Shown here: piece by piece, positions 25,232 through 36,288 of the stretch | How the letters are laid out: each line of letters opens with the position of its first letter | How positions within the stretch are numbered: the stretch's first letter is position 1 | Assembly: GCA_951406725.2 (NCBI GenBank) | Contig: OX597818.1 | Span: 24,924,001 to 24,988,000, forward strand | Length of the DNA: 64,000 nucleotides | From: Octopus vulgaris | Lineage: Eukaryota | Reading direction: 5' to 3' | The notes under the pieces: model-generated | What the model was told of the DNA's origin: nothing | Databases searched by the model: none | The model's input: only the letters and a program-made list of their open reading frames with translations | Made by a program: the position numbers and the translations under genes

Positions 25232-28200
25232 TCTTTTCAGGTACATGACACGGCTGTCCCTCATCCCAGGGTCTCAGAGGCCCACACCTCCCACACCCTC
25301 AGAGTTGGCACATTGAAAGGTAGGTCTGGAGAGATTGTTGAGCTGCTTGAACGGAGACGTGTGGATTTATGCTGCATCCAGGAAGTAAGGTGGAGAGGAG
25401 GTTCCGCTAGGCTCCTCACAGGCAAGGAACACAGGTACAAGATTTTCTGGGCAGAGAACACTGACGGGGTCAGGGGCGTGGGTATACTTCTTGCGGAGAA
25501 ATGGGTAGATAAGGTAATCGAGGTAGTCAGAGTAAGTGATAGAGTACTTAAGATTAGATTAGAGCTTCACCATAGGTCAGCTACCATCATCTCGGCATAT
25601 GCCCCTCAACCAGGGCTACCGGAAGGGCAGAAAGACCAATTCTACGACACCCTATTGCAGACTACCTCGTTGACAAATGACAGTGACCTTCTCTTTGTGG
25701 CAGGTGATTTCAATGGATATGTTGGACGGCATGTCGGGGGCTTCCATGGCGTTCATGGAGGCTACGGTTTTGGCTCCCGAAATGAGGAGGGAACCAGGCT
25801 GCTGGAGTTCTGCGATGCAAATGACCTTACGGTTTGCAATACCAACTTTAGGAAACCCACCTCTCACCTAGTCACCTACCGTTCTGGCAGACACACTAGT
25901 CAGATTGACTACATCCTCGCCAGAAAGAGGGAAAGAGGGCTGCTTATAAATGCCAAAACCTTTCCAGGCGAAGAATGTACTCCTCAACATAGATTAGTAG
26001 TTAGCGACATCAGGATCAGAGCTAAATGGTTGCCCAGAAGAAGACCAGCTTGGAGGAGAAGGGTCTGGAAGCTTAAAGATCCTGCAAATGGACAGAGATT
26101 TAGAGACATACTACTCGAAGCCTTTGACGAAATAGAAGGGGATATAGCTTCACTTAATGTGGAAGACAACTGGAGATTTCTATGGGACAATCTGCTGACA
26201 GCCACTGACCAGATCTGTGGATGGAGCAAAGTTCCATCTCGACCCAGAGTAACGTGGTGGTGGAACAAGGTGGTTGACAGGGCTATTAGACAAAAGAAAC
26301 AGGCTTGGAGGGACTGGAAGAATGGTGGTAGCAGGGAATTGTATCAGACAGCCAGAAGGGAAGCTAGGAGACAGGTGTATTTAGCCAGAGGGGAAGCGGA
26401 TAAGAAAAAATTTGCCAATGTTCTGCGCCGTGAGGATGAAAGACTTGAGGTATTTCATGTTGCAAGACAGTGTGTGAGAGAGAATCGTGATGTGGTAGGA
26501 GAGAAATGTGTCCGCATGGATGATGGTTCACTTGCGCTAAATGAGGATGCAAAGAGAGAGGTTTGGAGATGCCACTATGAAAGGTTGCTGAATAAAGAAA
26601 ATGAATGGGATAAAGAGAGTCTGCCAAATGTCAACCCAACAGAGGGACCAGCCATCCAAGTTGACAGTTCCAAGGTAGTTAAGGCAATTAGAAGCATGAA
26701 GACAAGGAAAGCCCCAGGCCCATCAGGAATTACTGCAGAGATGCTCAAAATATCTGGCAGTGTCGGCTATAACCTAGTCACCCGTATAGTTAACCAGGTG
26801 ATACACGAAGGAGTCATACCCAATGACTGGTGTAGCAGCATACTAGTCAACTGCTACAAAGGTAAAGGAGACGCCCTAGATACAAATAATTACAGAGGTA
26901 TCAAGCTGTTGGATCAGGTAATGAAGGTTACAGAGAGGGTCATAGCCCAACTGATTAGGGAGAGAGTCAACTTGGATGAGATGCAGTTTGGTTTCATGCC
27001 AGGGAAAAGCACCACTGATGCCATATTTCTGGTGAGACAGCTGCAGGAGAAATACCTAGCCAAAGATAAACCCCTGTACCTGGCTTTCGTTGACATGGAG
27101 AAAGCCTTTGACAGAGTCCCCCGATCCCTTATCTGGTGGTCAATGAGGAAACTAGGGATAGATGAATGGCTGGTGAGGGCTGTGCAAGCCATGTACAGGG
27201 ATGGCGTAAGTAAAGTTAGGGTTGGCAACATGTACACAGAAGAATTCAAAGTAGAGGTTGGGGTCCACCAGGGTTCAGTACTCAGCCCCCTCCTATTTAT
27301 CATAGTCCTCCAGGCAATTACGGAGGAATTCAAGACAGGTTGCCCCTGGGAGCTCCTATATGCTGATGACCTTGCTATAATTGCTGAGTCACTATCAGAA
27401 CTGGAGGAGAAGTTCCAGGTGTGGAAGGAGGGTCTAGAATCGAGGGGCCTTAGAGTCAACCTAGCTAAAACCAAAGTACTAATAAGTAGGAAGGTAGACA
27501 ATCCACAAATGTCTTCAGGAAGATGGCCCTGCTCGATCTGTAGAAAAGGTGTAGGTAAAAACTCCATAAGATGTACCCAGTGTAAGCTATGGACACATAA
27601 GAGGTGCAGCAATGTCAAAGGAAGGCTAACTGGGAAGATAGTTTTTGTATGTGGCAGATGCTCGGGAGCATTAACCTCTGAAAATCTGCAGAAAACAACT
27701 TCCGTCACTTTCCAGGGGGAAAAACTAGAAGTAGGTGATAGCTTCCGTTATCTTGGTGACCAAGTCAGTAGTGGGGGTGGGTGTGGTGAAAGTGTAACGG
27801 CTAGAGTAAGAATAGCCTGGGCAAAGTTTAGGGAGCTCTTACCTCTGCTGGTGACTAAAGGCCTCTCGCTCAGAGTAAAAGGCAGACTGTATGATGCATG
27901 TGTACGAACAGCCATGCTACATGGCAATGAAACATGGGCCGTGACTGCTGAGGACATGCGTAAGCTCGCGAGAAATGAAGCCAGTATGCTCCGATGGATG
28001 TGTAATGTCAGTGTGCATGCTCGACAGAGCGTTAGTACCCTGAGAGAAATGTTGGACTTAAGGAGCATCAGTTGTGGTGTGCAAGAGAGACGATTGCGCT
28101 GGTATGGTCATGTGGCGAGAATGGATGAAGACAGGTGTGTGAAAAAGTGCCAATCCCTAGCAGTTGAGGGAACCCGTGGAAGAGGTAGACCCAGGAAAAC

Positions 28201-28912
28201 TTGGGCTGAGGTGGTGAAGCACGACTTTCGAACTTTAGGTCTCACTGAGGAAATGACCTGCGACCGAGACCTTTGGAAATATGCTGTGCGTGAAAAGACC
28301 AGGCAGGACAAGTGAGTCCAGCCCACTTATGCATGCCTTTCCTCCCTTGGACACACAAAGACCTGTTGAGGCAAGCGAAGTCGATATCGAACCTCATCCG
28401 ACGACAGGCACCTATGCCTACCCCCCTTTGCTTGCGAAGACCTGTTGGGGCAAGTGAAATCAGAATCGAAATTGAACCAATCCTATGACTGGCGCCTGGC
28501 AGATGCCAGGACCCCTGGACTGGAGATACGTAAAAAGCACTATCCGAATCGTGGCCGATGCTAGCGCAGCCTCGACTGGCTTCCGTGTCGGTGGCACGTA
28601 AAAAGCACCATCCGAATTGTGGCCGAAGCCAGTGCTGCCTCGACTGGCTTCCGTGCAGGTGGCATGTAAAATGCACCAATCCGACCGTGGCCGATGCCAG
28701 CCTCGCCTGGCTCCAGTGCAGGTGGCACGTAAAAAGCACCCACTACACTCACGGAGTGGTTGGCGTTAGGAAGGGCATCCAGCTGTAGAAACATTGCCAG
28801 ATAAGACCGGAGCCTGGTGCAGCCTTCTGGCTTCCCAGATCCCCGGTCGAACCGTCCAACCCATGCTAGCATGGAGAACGGACGTTAAACGATGATGATG
28901 ATGATGATGATG
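25232..28912 (+). mobile_element. Near-full-length young RTE-clade LINE
   Basis: Uninterrupted ORF, ~600-nt 3'UTR with internal tandem units and the ggaagggcatccagc motif, (GAT)n tail at 28891-28912. Confidence 0.95.
25241..28315 (+). CDS. RTE ORF: APE endonuclease + reverse transcriptase + inserted C4HC3 (PHD-like) finger
   Basis: IQEVRW, GVGI, YAPQ, GDFNG, QIDY, QHRLV (APE); KAPGPSG, NYRGIKLL, QFGF, DMEKAFD, GVHQGSVLSP, YADD, FRYLG (RT); GRPRKTW (RTE C-terminus). The listed start at 25055 is microsatellite read-through. Confidence 0.93.
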   Translation, partial: VHDTAVPHPRVSEAHTSHTLRVGTLKGRSGEIVELLERRRVDLCCIQEVRWRGGSARLLTGKEHRYKIFWAENTDGVRGVGILLAEKWVDKVIEVVRVSDRVLKIRLELHHRSATIISAYAPQPGLPEGQKDQFYDTLLQTTSLTNDSDLLFVAGDFNGYVGRHVGGFHGVHGGYGFGSRNEEGTRLLEFCDANDLTVCNTNFRKPTSHLVTYRSGRHTSQIDYILARKRERGLLINAKTFPGEECTPQHRLVVSDIRIRAKWLPRRRPAWRRRVWKLKDPANGQRFRDILLEAFDEIEGDIASLNVEDNWRFLWDNLLTATDQICGWSKVPSRPRVTWWWNKVVDRAIRQKKQAWRDWKNGGSRELYQTARREARRQVYLARGEADKKKFANVLRREDERLEVFHVARQCVRENRDVVGEKCVRMDDGSLALNEDAKREVWRCHYERLLNKENEWDKESLPNVNPTEGPAIQVDSSKVVKAIRSMKTRKAPGPSGITAEMLKISGSVGYNLVTRIVNQVIHEGVIPNDWCSSILVNCYKGKGDALDTNNYRGIKLLDQVMKVTERVIAQLIRERVNLDEMQFGFMPGKSTTDAIFLVRQLQEKYLAKDKPLYLAFVDMEKAFDRVPRSLIWWSMRKLGIDEWLVRAVQAMYRDGVSKVRVGNMYTEEFKVEVGVHQGSVLSPLLFIIVLQAITEEFKTGCPWELLYADDLAIIAESLSELEEKFQVWKEGLESRGLRVNLAKTKVLISRKVDNPQMSSGRWPCSICRKGVGKNSIRCTQCKLWTHKRCSNVKGRLTGKIVFVCGRCSGALTSENLQKTTSVTFQGEKLEVGDSFRYLGDQVSSGGGCGESVTARVRIAWAKFRELLPLLVTKGLSLRVKGRLYDACVRTAMLHGNETWAVTAEDMRKLARNEASMLRWMCNVSVHARQSVSTLREMLDLRSISCGVQERRLRWYGHVARMDEDRCVKKCQSLAVEGTRGRGRPRKTWAEVVKHDFRTLGLTEEMTCDRDLWKYAVREKTRQDK

Positions 28913-29301
28913 TATATCGGTAAGTTGTTCATAAGTCAGAAAAAAGCACAGTATGCCATCATCACTATCACGCACGCACGCACACACACAATGTATGTGT
29001 GCGCGCGTGTAGATTCTTATAAGATCAGTCTTAGATGTAGGACACTTTTCTTCTGCAAATCCTTTATAGAATTCGTTTTGTTTTAATCTTGTTTTAATTT
29101 TCCAGAGAAAATTCTGAATAAAGTAAGAAAAGAGAGAGATTAGTTCATTTTTCTGTGCCAAGACAGCACTGAACCCCTAACAATTTATTATGAAGTGATG
29201 TACTCAATTTCTGCCAGAATAATGTACCTCCACGATTAGCAACTTATTTCATGTATCTCAAAAGGAAATATTTTGGCTAAAACAACTAACAACATTCTTA
29301 C

Positions 29302-29352
29302 CTCACCCTTGTCAACAAATACAATTCCAAGTGACAAAGACAGCACTAACAT
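29302..29352 (-). CDS. Candidate first coding exon of an unknown gene with a hydrophobic, signal-peptide-like N-terminus (MLVLSLSLGIVFVDKGE)
   Basis: First ATG after a TCAGTT initiator-like motif, in-frame upstream TAA, strong donor GAG|GTAAGA (alternative G|GTGAGG 5 nt upstream). Confidence 0.5.
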
Positions 29353-29399
29353 TGAACACTTGCGATTAAGGAATTCTTAGAAATAACTCCGTTGTTCTG

Positions 29400-29830
29400 T
29401 CGCCCGCACTATCCCTAGATTTCAGACGAGATTACAGAGCAACTGATGCTAAAGAAACGTATTACTACAATATATATTCTTTCCTAGCTTGAATCCGTTT
29501 AAAAAAAAAGTGTTACGTTTACTCTCTTCCTCCCTCTGTGTGTGTGTATGTATGTATGTATGTATATTCTCGCGCGCACGCACTCGTAGGTACGTGTACA
29601 CATACAGACACGCATTGTCTTTTCATAGTCACCGCCTGTCACCACAATGTATATATTTACTGAAAATAATCGAAATTCATGCTAGTTGGTTTTTCATTTA
29701 TTTATTTAATAAAAGTTTTCGCAGTTGTGCTATTTCTGCACACAGCTGATCGACCACTGTTAGGCTGGCACGCACACTCAGTCACACACTCAGACGAAAC
29801 TTGATGTCAAAGCATTCTTTTACGCTATTT
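29400..29830. promoter_or_regulatory. Candidate bidirectional core promoter
   Basis: Non-repetitive, CpG-retaining island; minus-strand TATATA (29470-29477) ~30 nt upstream of Inr-like TCAGTT (29441-29446); plus-strand Inr-like TCAGTC at 29778-29783. Confidence 0.4.
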
Positions 29831-31596
29831 CTAAAGTTGTCTAGTAGTTCGGACGTTTTCAAAAATATTTTCCCATATAAGTGGACGACACTTTGTTTCT
29901 CCTTTTAACACACGTCAAACAAATTTCAAATATCTAACTCATTGTCTTCTGTGTGTCATTTTGCAACGAAATTTTGACAACTAGTTAGTCTATGTGGCCT
30001 AAAACTACAAAATTTCTAGCCCGTTGATTTGTCAAGGGATATATTGAAATTAATTATAAAGAAAATTATGTCAGCCAAGGAAATTAAGCTAAAACCAAAT
30101 ATAAATTTCCTGCAAATGATTATAAGAAGTTGTTAAAACGCGATGGTTTAGAGTGGAATATAATAATTCTTCTCTGTCACCCACCTACTTTCGTTATTCT
30201 ACTTGATGTTACAAACTACAATATACCTTATTGAAACTTATTAACGACGTGAAAGTATCATCCGAAATTAAATGAGGTTTGTTATATTGTTTTATATTCG
30301 GGTATTTTCTAATTATAGTGTGGAATAAAAAAAAAAAATGCAAGAATTGGCACAACTGTCAACAGTTTACTAAAAATAACAAAAAACTACACACATATAT
30401 ACACACTCCATCAGTTTCCGAATGTCTTTGTTATAATGCAGCCTCTATTTTAGGTCACTTTAATTCCTTCATACCCGCGAAAAAATATTGTCAGGCCCTT
30501 TAAAGAGCCTGACTTAGATGTAAGAAATAGGAAGTGGTGAAAGGGAATGGTGTGCTTTGTTCCACCCCCACTCTCTCTCTTAATTGAATTGCCCTTGTCG
30601 TTTCTTTCAATAGCAGATTTTTAGTTTGGATAAAATTTAACTGTATTTTGCTTGAATTGACCAGGTATTGATGATTGCTTTTAAAATTCCAGTTCATTTA
30701 ACAAGTTGATGTTGATGTCTTTTTTTTTTTTCCAAATTAGTGAGGATATGATCAACATTTAGAATATCAAAGATACATATTTTAAAATTGTTTATAACTT
30801 TTTGGTATACTGATATGATATGTAAAAGGATTAAGATTTCGATATACTTTTATTCTTTTTTAAAGAAAAAAAATACTCTAGTTAGATTCTGAAGATCAGT
30901 AAATTAAAAGTAATTGCCGTTAAAGAAAATATAGCTTTTAACATTTGGGTAATAATAATGAAAAGTTTCTTAAGATTTGGCATCAAAATGTCATTCAATA
31001 TTTGTACTTACTAATGTGCAGTTATTATTTTCTGAATTTATTTCAGTAATTTTTTTTTTAATGCTATATAATGTGTTAGTAATTATCAATGACATTGCTA
31101 CTGGCTTATAGAATCTAGAGAAATATTGGACCTTTCGAAATTATCAAAATTAAGAGATTTGCTTTTTAGGAATTTCAAATCAGAAATATTCTGCTTAGCT
31201 TGATAAATTTTTGTAAAGTTTGTTAAGTTTAAAAACAAATTTTGTGTTTTGTAACAGACTCTTTCAACTGAACATATTTTTTTATTTTGCAGTTTATTTC
31301 CTTCAATAATTTCCAAATTTTATGGCATTCTCTACGAAAATATATTTTAATATACTCATAAAACGTTGAAGATTAAAATTTAAGAAAGAATACTCATATC
31401 TTTTGGTAACATCACATAATAGTCACACAAAAAGAAAGTTTGACATATGTTAAACTTGCTACATTTGTCCATAGTTTGGAACTCCCGGTTTATTCCAACT
31501 GTTTTCGCTGCATACAGCAGTAAGAATTTTCACAAGAGAAAGTTTTGACACAGGAAACTGAATAAGTATACAAAGAGAACTGCCTTTCAGGTTGCG

Positions 31597-31772
31597 ATGG
31601 CTGACAGAAGGATTGTAAAATTAAATGTTGGCGGTATGTTTTATACGACTACTCGCGAAACATTACTTAGTCAGCCGGACACCTTGTTCTATGAAATTCT
31701 ATCCAAAGAATCCAATTGGCCTCGAGACGAACGAGGAAGTTATTTTGTGGACAGAGATGGACACTTGTTCAG
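31597..31772 (+). CDS. First coding exon of a KCTD-family BTB/POZ (T1 tetramerisation) domain protein
   Basis: MADRRIVKLNVGGMFYTTTRETLLSQPDTLFYEILSKESNWPRDERGSYFVDRDGHLF(R): LNVGG, TT..TL and YF.DRDG.LF signature; acceptor cctttcag|31591, donor CAG|GTAAGG after 31772 (phase 2). Not in the ORF track. Confidence 0.92.
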
Positions 31773-33721
31773 GTAAGGAAACATTTCAATCTTACTTTTC
31801 TCTCACGAGTTGTTTTTCAGTTTCCAAGTTATTTCAGATCAATCAGGCGTCTTAACCTTGACCATTCTGTCTTTTTGAAGATCCAAGATTACATCATCCA
31901 ATTAGTTCCTTTTTCTTTTTTTTACAGACGGTTGAATGTGATCTAAGAGATTTGGCTGCTATTTCTAGCGGGTCAAACGACATTAGAAGCTTCACTTGTT
32001 GGTTCTGTTAAAGAACTTTTAAACTCAAATCTATTTTTATGTCACTGCACCGACTTGTGTGTATAATTATGTATGTGTTTTTAGGAATATAATAGATGTA
32101 TGGACGTGTACGTAGGAATGTGTGGTATTGTTTACGTTTATCCCCAGGGCTGCTCTGACCAAGCAAACATGTATTCAAAGGTGTTCCAGCGTGACCATCT
32201 CGACATTTTGTATTGCTAGAACTATTCTGTTGAATGTATCCTGCCTTTCTTTTAGACGGTAGAGTGTTAAAGAAATTTCGTCACTACTTCTGATAGATCA
32301 AATGATCGCATAGAGACTTCCCTGTTGGCTTGTGATATACTTAAGAATGAGACAGTTGGGCGTTTGTTATGAACTACTTAACTCATAAATTATGATTTTG
32401 AATTCCTCATTTTCCCCCCCACCCTTGTCTTTGAATGCAGCGCTTGTACACGTCTTGGAAATGTCACCTGCAACAGACTAGTGTCCCATCGAAAAGGAGA
32501 TTTATATCTCATCTGTTTTTCAAGTTATTTTTGTTTCTCGGTTGTATTCAGTAAGAAAGACATAAACAGCATGCGATATGATTTCCTCAATCCTATTAAC
32601 CTGTGTGTAAATCGATATGTAATATTCATATGATATTTGTGTTTGCGTGTATTTGTTTTTGCAAATTATTTTGCATAGACTTACACATATATTTGCATAA
32701 ATACATTTTAGTTACTGAGAGAGTTTCAGAGCAAAGTTTGGACAATTTTCTTACATATTCTATGGTGTACTACTTTATTTTTTTAACAAACTCAGATTGT
32801 TACATCTATCATCAGGTGATTCCTTTTCGCCTGGTTATTGATTAATTTCTAAGTAGCCTTATTGGGAGAACATAAGCATTACTAAATTAGCTGGGGCTGA
32901 TGTGGTCTAACAAGGCTGAAAGTATGACCTTTGGTCCATAGATCAAGAAGTTCCCTCAATAAAGTCTGAAGCTCAACATGAATTCACTGTATATAGATTG
33001 TATTCATTCATATGAGGTCTATATGTCAAATAATATAATTTTATGGTTTCCATCCATGTGGAAATTCTGGTATTTGTATGTGAAATTAACGCTTTGTGTA
33101 TGCTAACAATATAAACATAAACTGGGATAGTCTACTAAACCAATTGCAATAGAACTTGCAAAACATTACTTTTTAAATCCACATGTATATATTTACATTT
33201 AAATATGTTGAAAATGCCATGTAATGTAAATAAATAAGCAAATAAAATCTTTAAAAAAAATGTCAACAGGTGATCAAATAAGTTTTGTGTTAAACCTAGT
33301 AAGTTTTTTTTTGTACAATAAAGAATGTGTGTGTATGTAACTATAATTTCAATTTTTTACAAAAAACATCATCTCTTTTTTGAAATAACTAAAAACCCTG
33401 AGTTTGTTTTGTAGTAGATAATATGACGTTTATACCTTTCCCAGAGGCATTAGTGAAGCTCAAACTATGTTTAGGTAGAAAAAGGTAGGAGCTAACCTTT
33501 TGTTCTACAATGCTTGCTCATTCACATAAAATCTGTTATCAATTACAAAAATTTATTATAACATATAAGATACTAAATGATATTTATTTCCATTAATTCT
33601 AATTCTGATATTTCCTTTGAGAAGTGCACACACAGAGATTTCTAGCAGTAGTTTCTTAGATTGCAAGGTCAACTTTGTCTTTAGGAATGCTAAAATATCA
33701 TCCAATAATATATTATTATTG

Positions 33722-33917
33722 AGGCAGTGAGCTAGCAGAGTTGTGACTGCATCAGAAAAAATGCTTAGTGACATTTCTTCTGACTTTATGTCCTGAGTTC
33801 AAATTTTGCTGAGGTCAACTTTGCCTTTCATCCTTTGTGTGTTGATAAAACACTGGAGTTGATGTAATCAACTTGCACCCTCCCCTGAAATTACTAGCCT
33901 TTTGCCAAAATTTGAAA
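33722..33917 (+). mobile_element. SINE with Meta-like domain (partial copies also at ~43010-43150 and ~50340-50490)
   Basis: ggcagtgagctagcaga...gagttcaaatt (B box)...gtcaactttgcctttcatcc..gataaaa. Confidence 0.7.
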
Positions 33918-33959
33918 TCATTGATATATTACAATCAATCAACTGTAACCTATCTTTTT

Positions 33960-34328
33960 ATCTTTTACTTGTTTCAGCCACTGGACTATGGTCATGCTGG
34001 GGCACCATCTTGAAGGGTTTTTCTGGCATGAATCAATTCCATTACATATTTTTGTTTTTTTAAATCTGGTACTTATCCTATTGGCTTCATTTGCTGAACT
34101 GCTAAGTTACAGGGAAGTTAACATTCCAACACTGGTTGTCAAGTGGTGGAGTGGACACACACACACACACACACAATAAATTTCTTTCAGTTTCCATTTG
34201 CTAAATCCACTAACAAGTCTTTGGTTGGCCCAAGTCTACAGAAAACACTTGCCTTAAGTGCCACACAATGGAACTAAACCTGAAACATTGTGGTTGGGAA
34301 GCAAGTTTCTTTTCACATAGCTATGTCT
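33960..34328 (-). mobile_element. tRNA-derived SINE, reverse copy of the 55615 family
   Basis: cttgtttcag..tggtcatgctggggcacc ... cacttgccttaagtgccacacaatggaactaaacc. Confidence 0.75.
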
Positions 34329-36288
34329 GTGCATATGTCCAGAAAAATTTGTCTTGAGCCTATTGAAAAGAAATCAGTGCTATTATTGGTGAGAAGTTTC
34401 TGTAATATTGCTCTATTTCCCATAAGATATAATTTAAGTAGTTATGTTGAAATATAAACAGAAAATCTCTTTGTCATCTAGGGAGATATAACAAAATAAA
34501 AATTGAGGAAGAAAGGAAGAAAAATTCTATGCGATGCCATTTTTAACAGAAATTCAGAAACTTTGTGACATCATATCCTATCAAAGGAATGCAAAAGTTT
34601 GTTTTGTCCTCAACTTCCTATATTCACCATTTTTCTCGTGAAATATCTTTAAGTTTTCTGGTGTTTGTCTTAATTTATCCTCAGGGAAATGTCCTAAGCT
34701 CACAGGAATACAACCAAAAATGTTGTCTTCTGGTAATCCTTGAGAAATTCATCCTGACAGTACCCATTGCTAGCCAAGTGATATCCATGGTAAATTTTGA
34801 ATTCAGTTATACGGGCTAATGAAATGAACCTTACTTTTATAATGCTCTTATTTCATTTGGTGGTAAACATTCATTTCATAAAGTACTTATTTACAACTAC
34901 ACGAAAGAGGGCATTGACAATTATCTTTTCTGTGGACACAATACAACTCCAGTCAGCCAGCCAACCATGTAATATAAGCTATCAAGTTGTTGTTTAGTAG
35001 GCCAGTACTATAGCTAACAACTCAGCTGAGCTATAGATATTATTTATTGTGTTATTCTTTTGTTGGTAAACTGTTCCATTTAGAATATCTAATCTATAAA
35101 ATGAAGAAGGCAAATGTTGATACAAATTGGATTTTTATATAAAAAGGGGTCTAAATGGGACTGGAAGGGGATTAAAATTTACAGGAGGGGGTAACTTGAG
35201 GTGAGAAATTGATTGGGACACGTTTTTGGGCGCTATAGTGGTTGCTTTGGTGTGAAAATGGGGATTTTATTGATTTTTGGGGACACTTGGAGGTCTAGGG
35301 TGGACACCTTTTGCCTGATTTCAATCAAATTTTTGACATGGTAAAGTGGAAGCGCATTTGTAATTTAAGCGCAGAAAATGGGTTCGAAATTTTGAAAATT
35401 AAGGCAAGATTTTTGAAGTTGAAAAAAATTTCTCATTTTTACGTATTTTTGCCTTTTATTTTTTATTGTTTACAGTTTTCATTTTTTCTGAAAGCCTGTG
35501 TTTAGAGCTTTCATTTGCTTGGTCAATCGTTGAAAAATTCCCAAAATAAGTACTAAATTTAACAGAGAAATCCTTTTTTTCTTTATTTTTAATCGCTCAA
35601 ATAGTGGCACATACAAAAGGCAAGTGTGCTTTCCGTTGTCACTGCCTGATATTTATGAGTGATCTTTCAAAATATTTTCTTACACAACTTACTCAAGATC
35701 TTTTGTTTTTTATAAATGGGAGAGTGATAGATAGAGAAAGCAAAGGAGAGTCTGAGAGAAAGGAAGAGTAAGAGAGTGGGAACGTGAGAGAGAAAAGAGA
35801 GAGAAACCTGCATGTAGAGTGGGTCACCTTTAGTTTCCTATATTATGATAAAGAAGCAGATTTATAAAAGAAACATTAATATGAAGTTTCAAAATTCATG
35901 TCTTTCTCAAGGTCATTAGCAATATTAAGTCAAATGTTCCCCAGTTAGTTTAAGCTGATAATACTGTTTTTTGGCAAATCCTCAGAGTAATAACAATAGC
36001 TAGGATCAGACATTTAGTTATTATTAACTTTTAAATTGGACAAACTTAACTTTTCTAGAATAGATTACTGAACAAATGTCATGTTGCATTGTTCTATCAT
36101 CTAATAATCATAAGTTTAAATTAGGTGGTTGTTTTTTAAAATCATTTTCAAAAATATAATCACTTATATAATGTTCAGAATGACATCACACATGCTCTTA
36201 CTGAATTAGATGTAATATGCAAAAGAGAAAACTGTTGGATGAGAACAACCATATCAGATTGTGCACATCACTTACCTTGGATGAAATT

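Noticed and set aside
25055-25240. N-terminal 62 aa of the 1086-aa ORF
   Set aside because: Read-through of (GT)n/(TA)n flank (YIYIYI) from a GTG; not part of the element
26914-28326. Antisense ORFs of up to 264 aa (also at 8971-9873)
   Set aside because: Shadow frames of the RT ORFs with no independent motifs
31625-31946. Listed 76-aa ORFs overlapping the KCTD exon
   Set aside because: Wrong frames; the BTB motif is in the frame starting at ATG 31597
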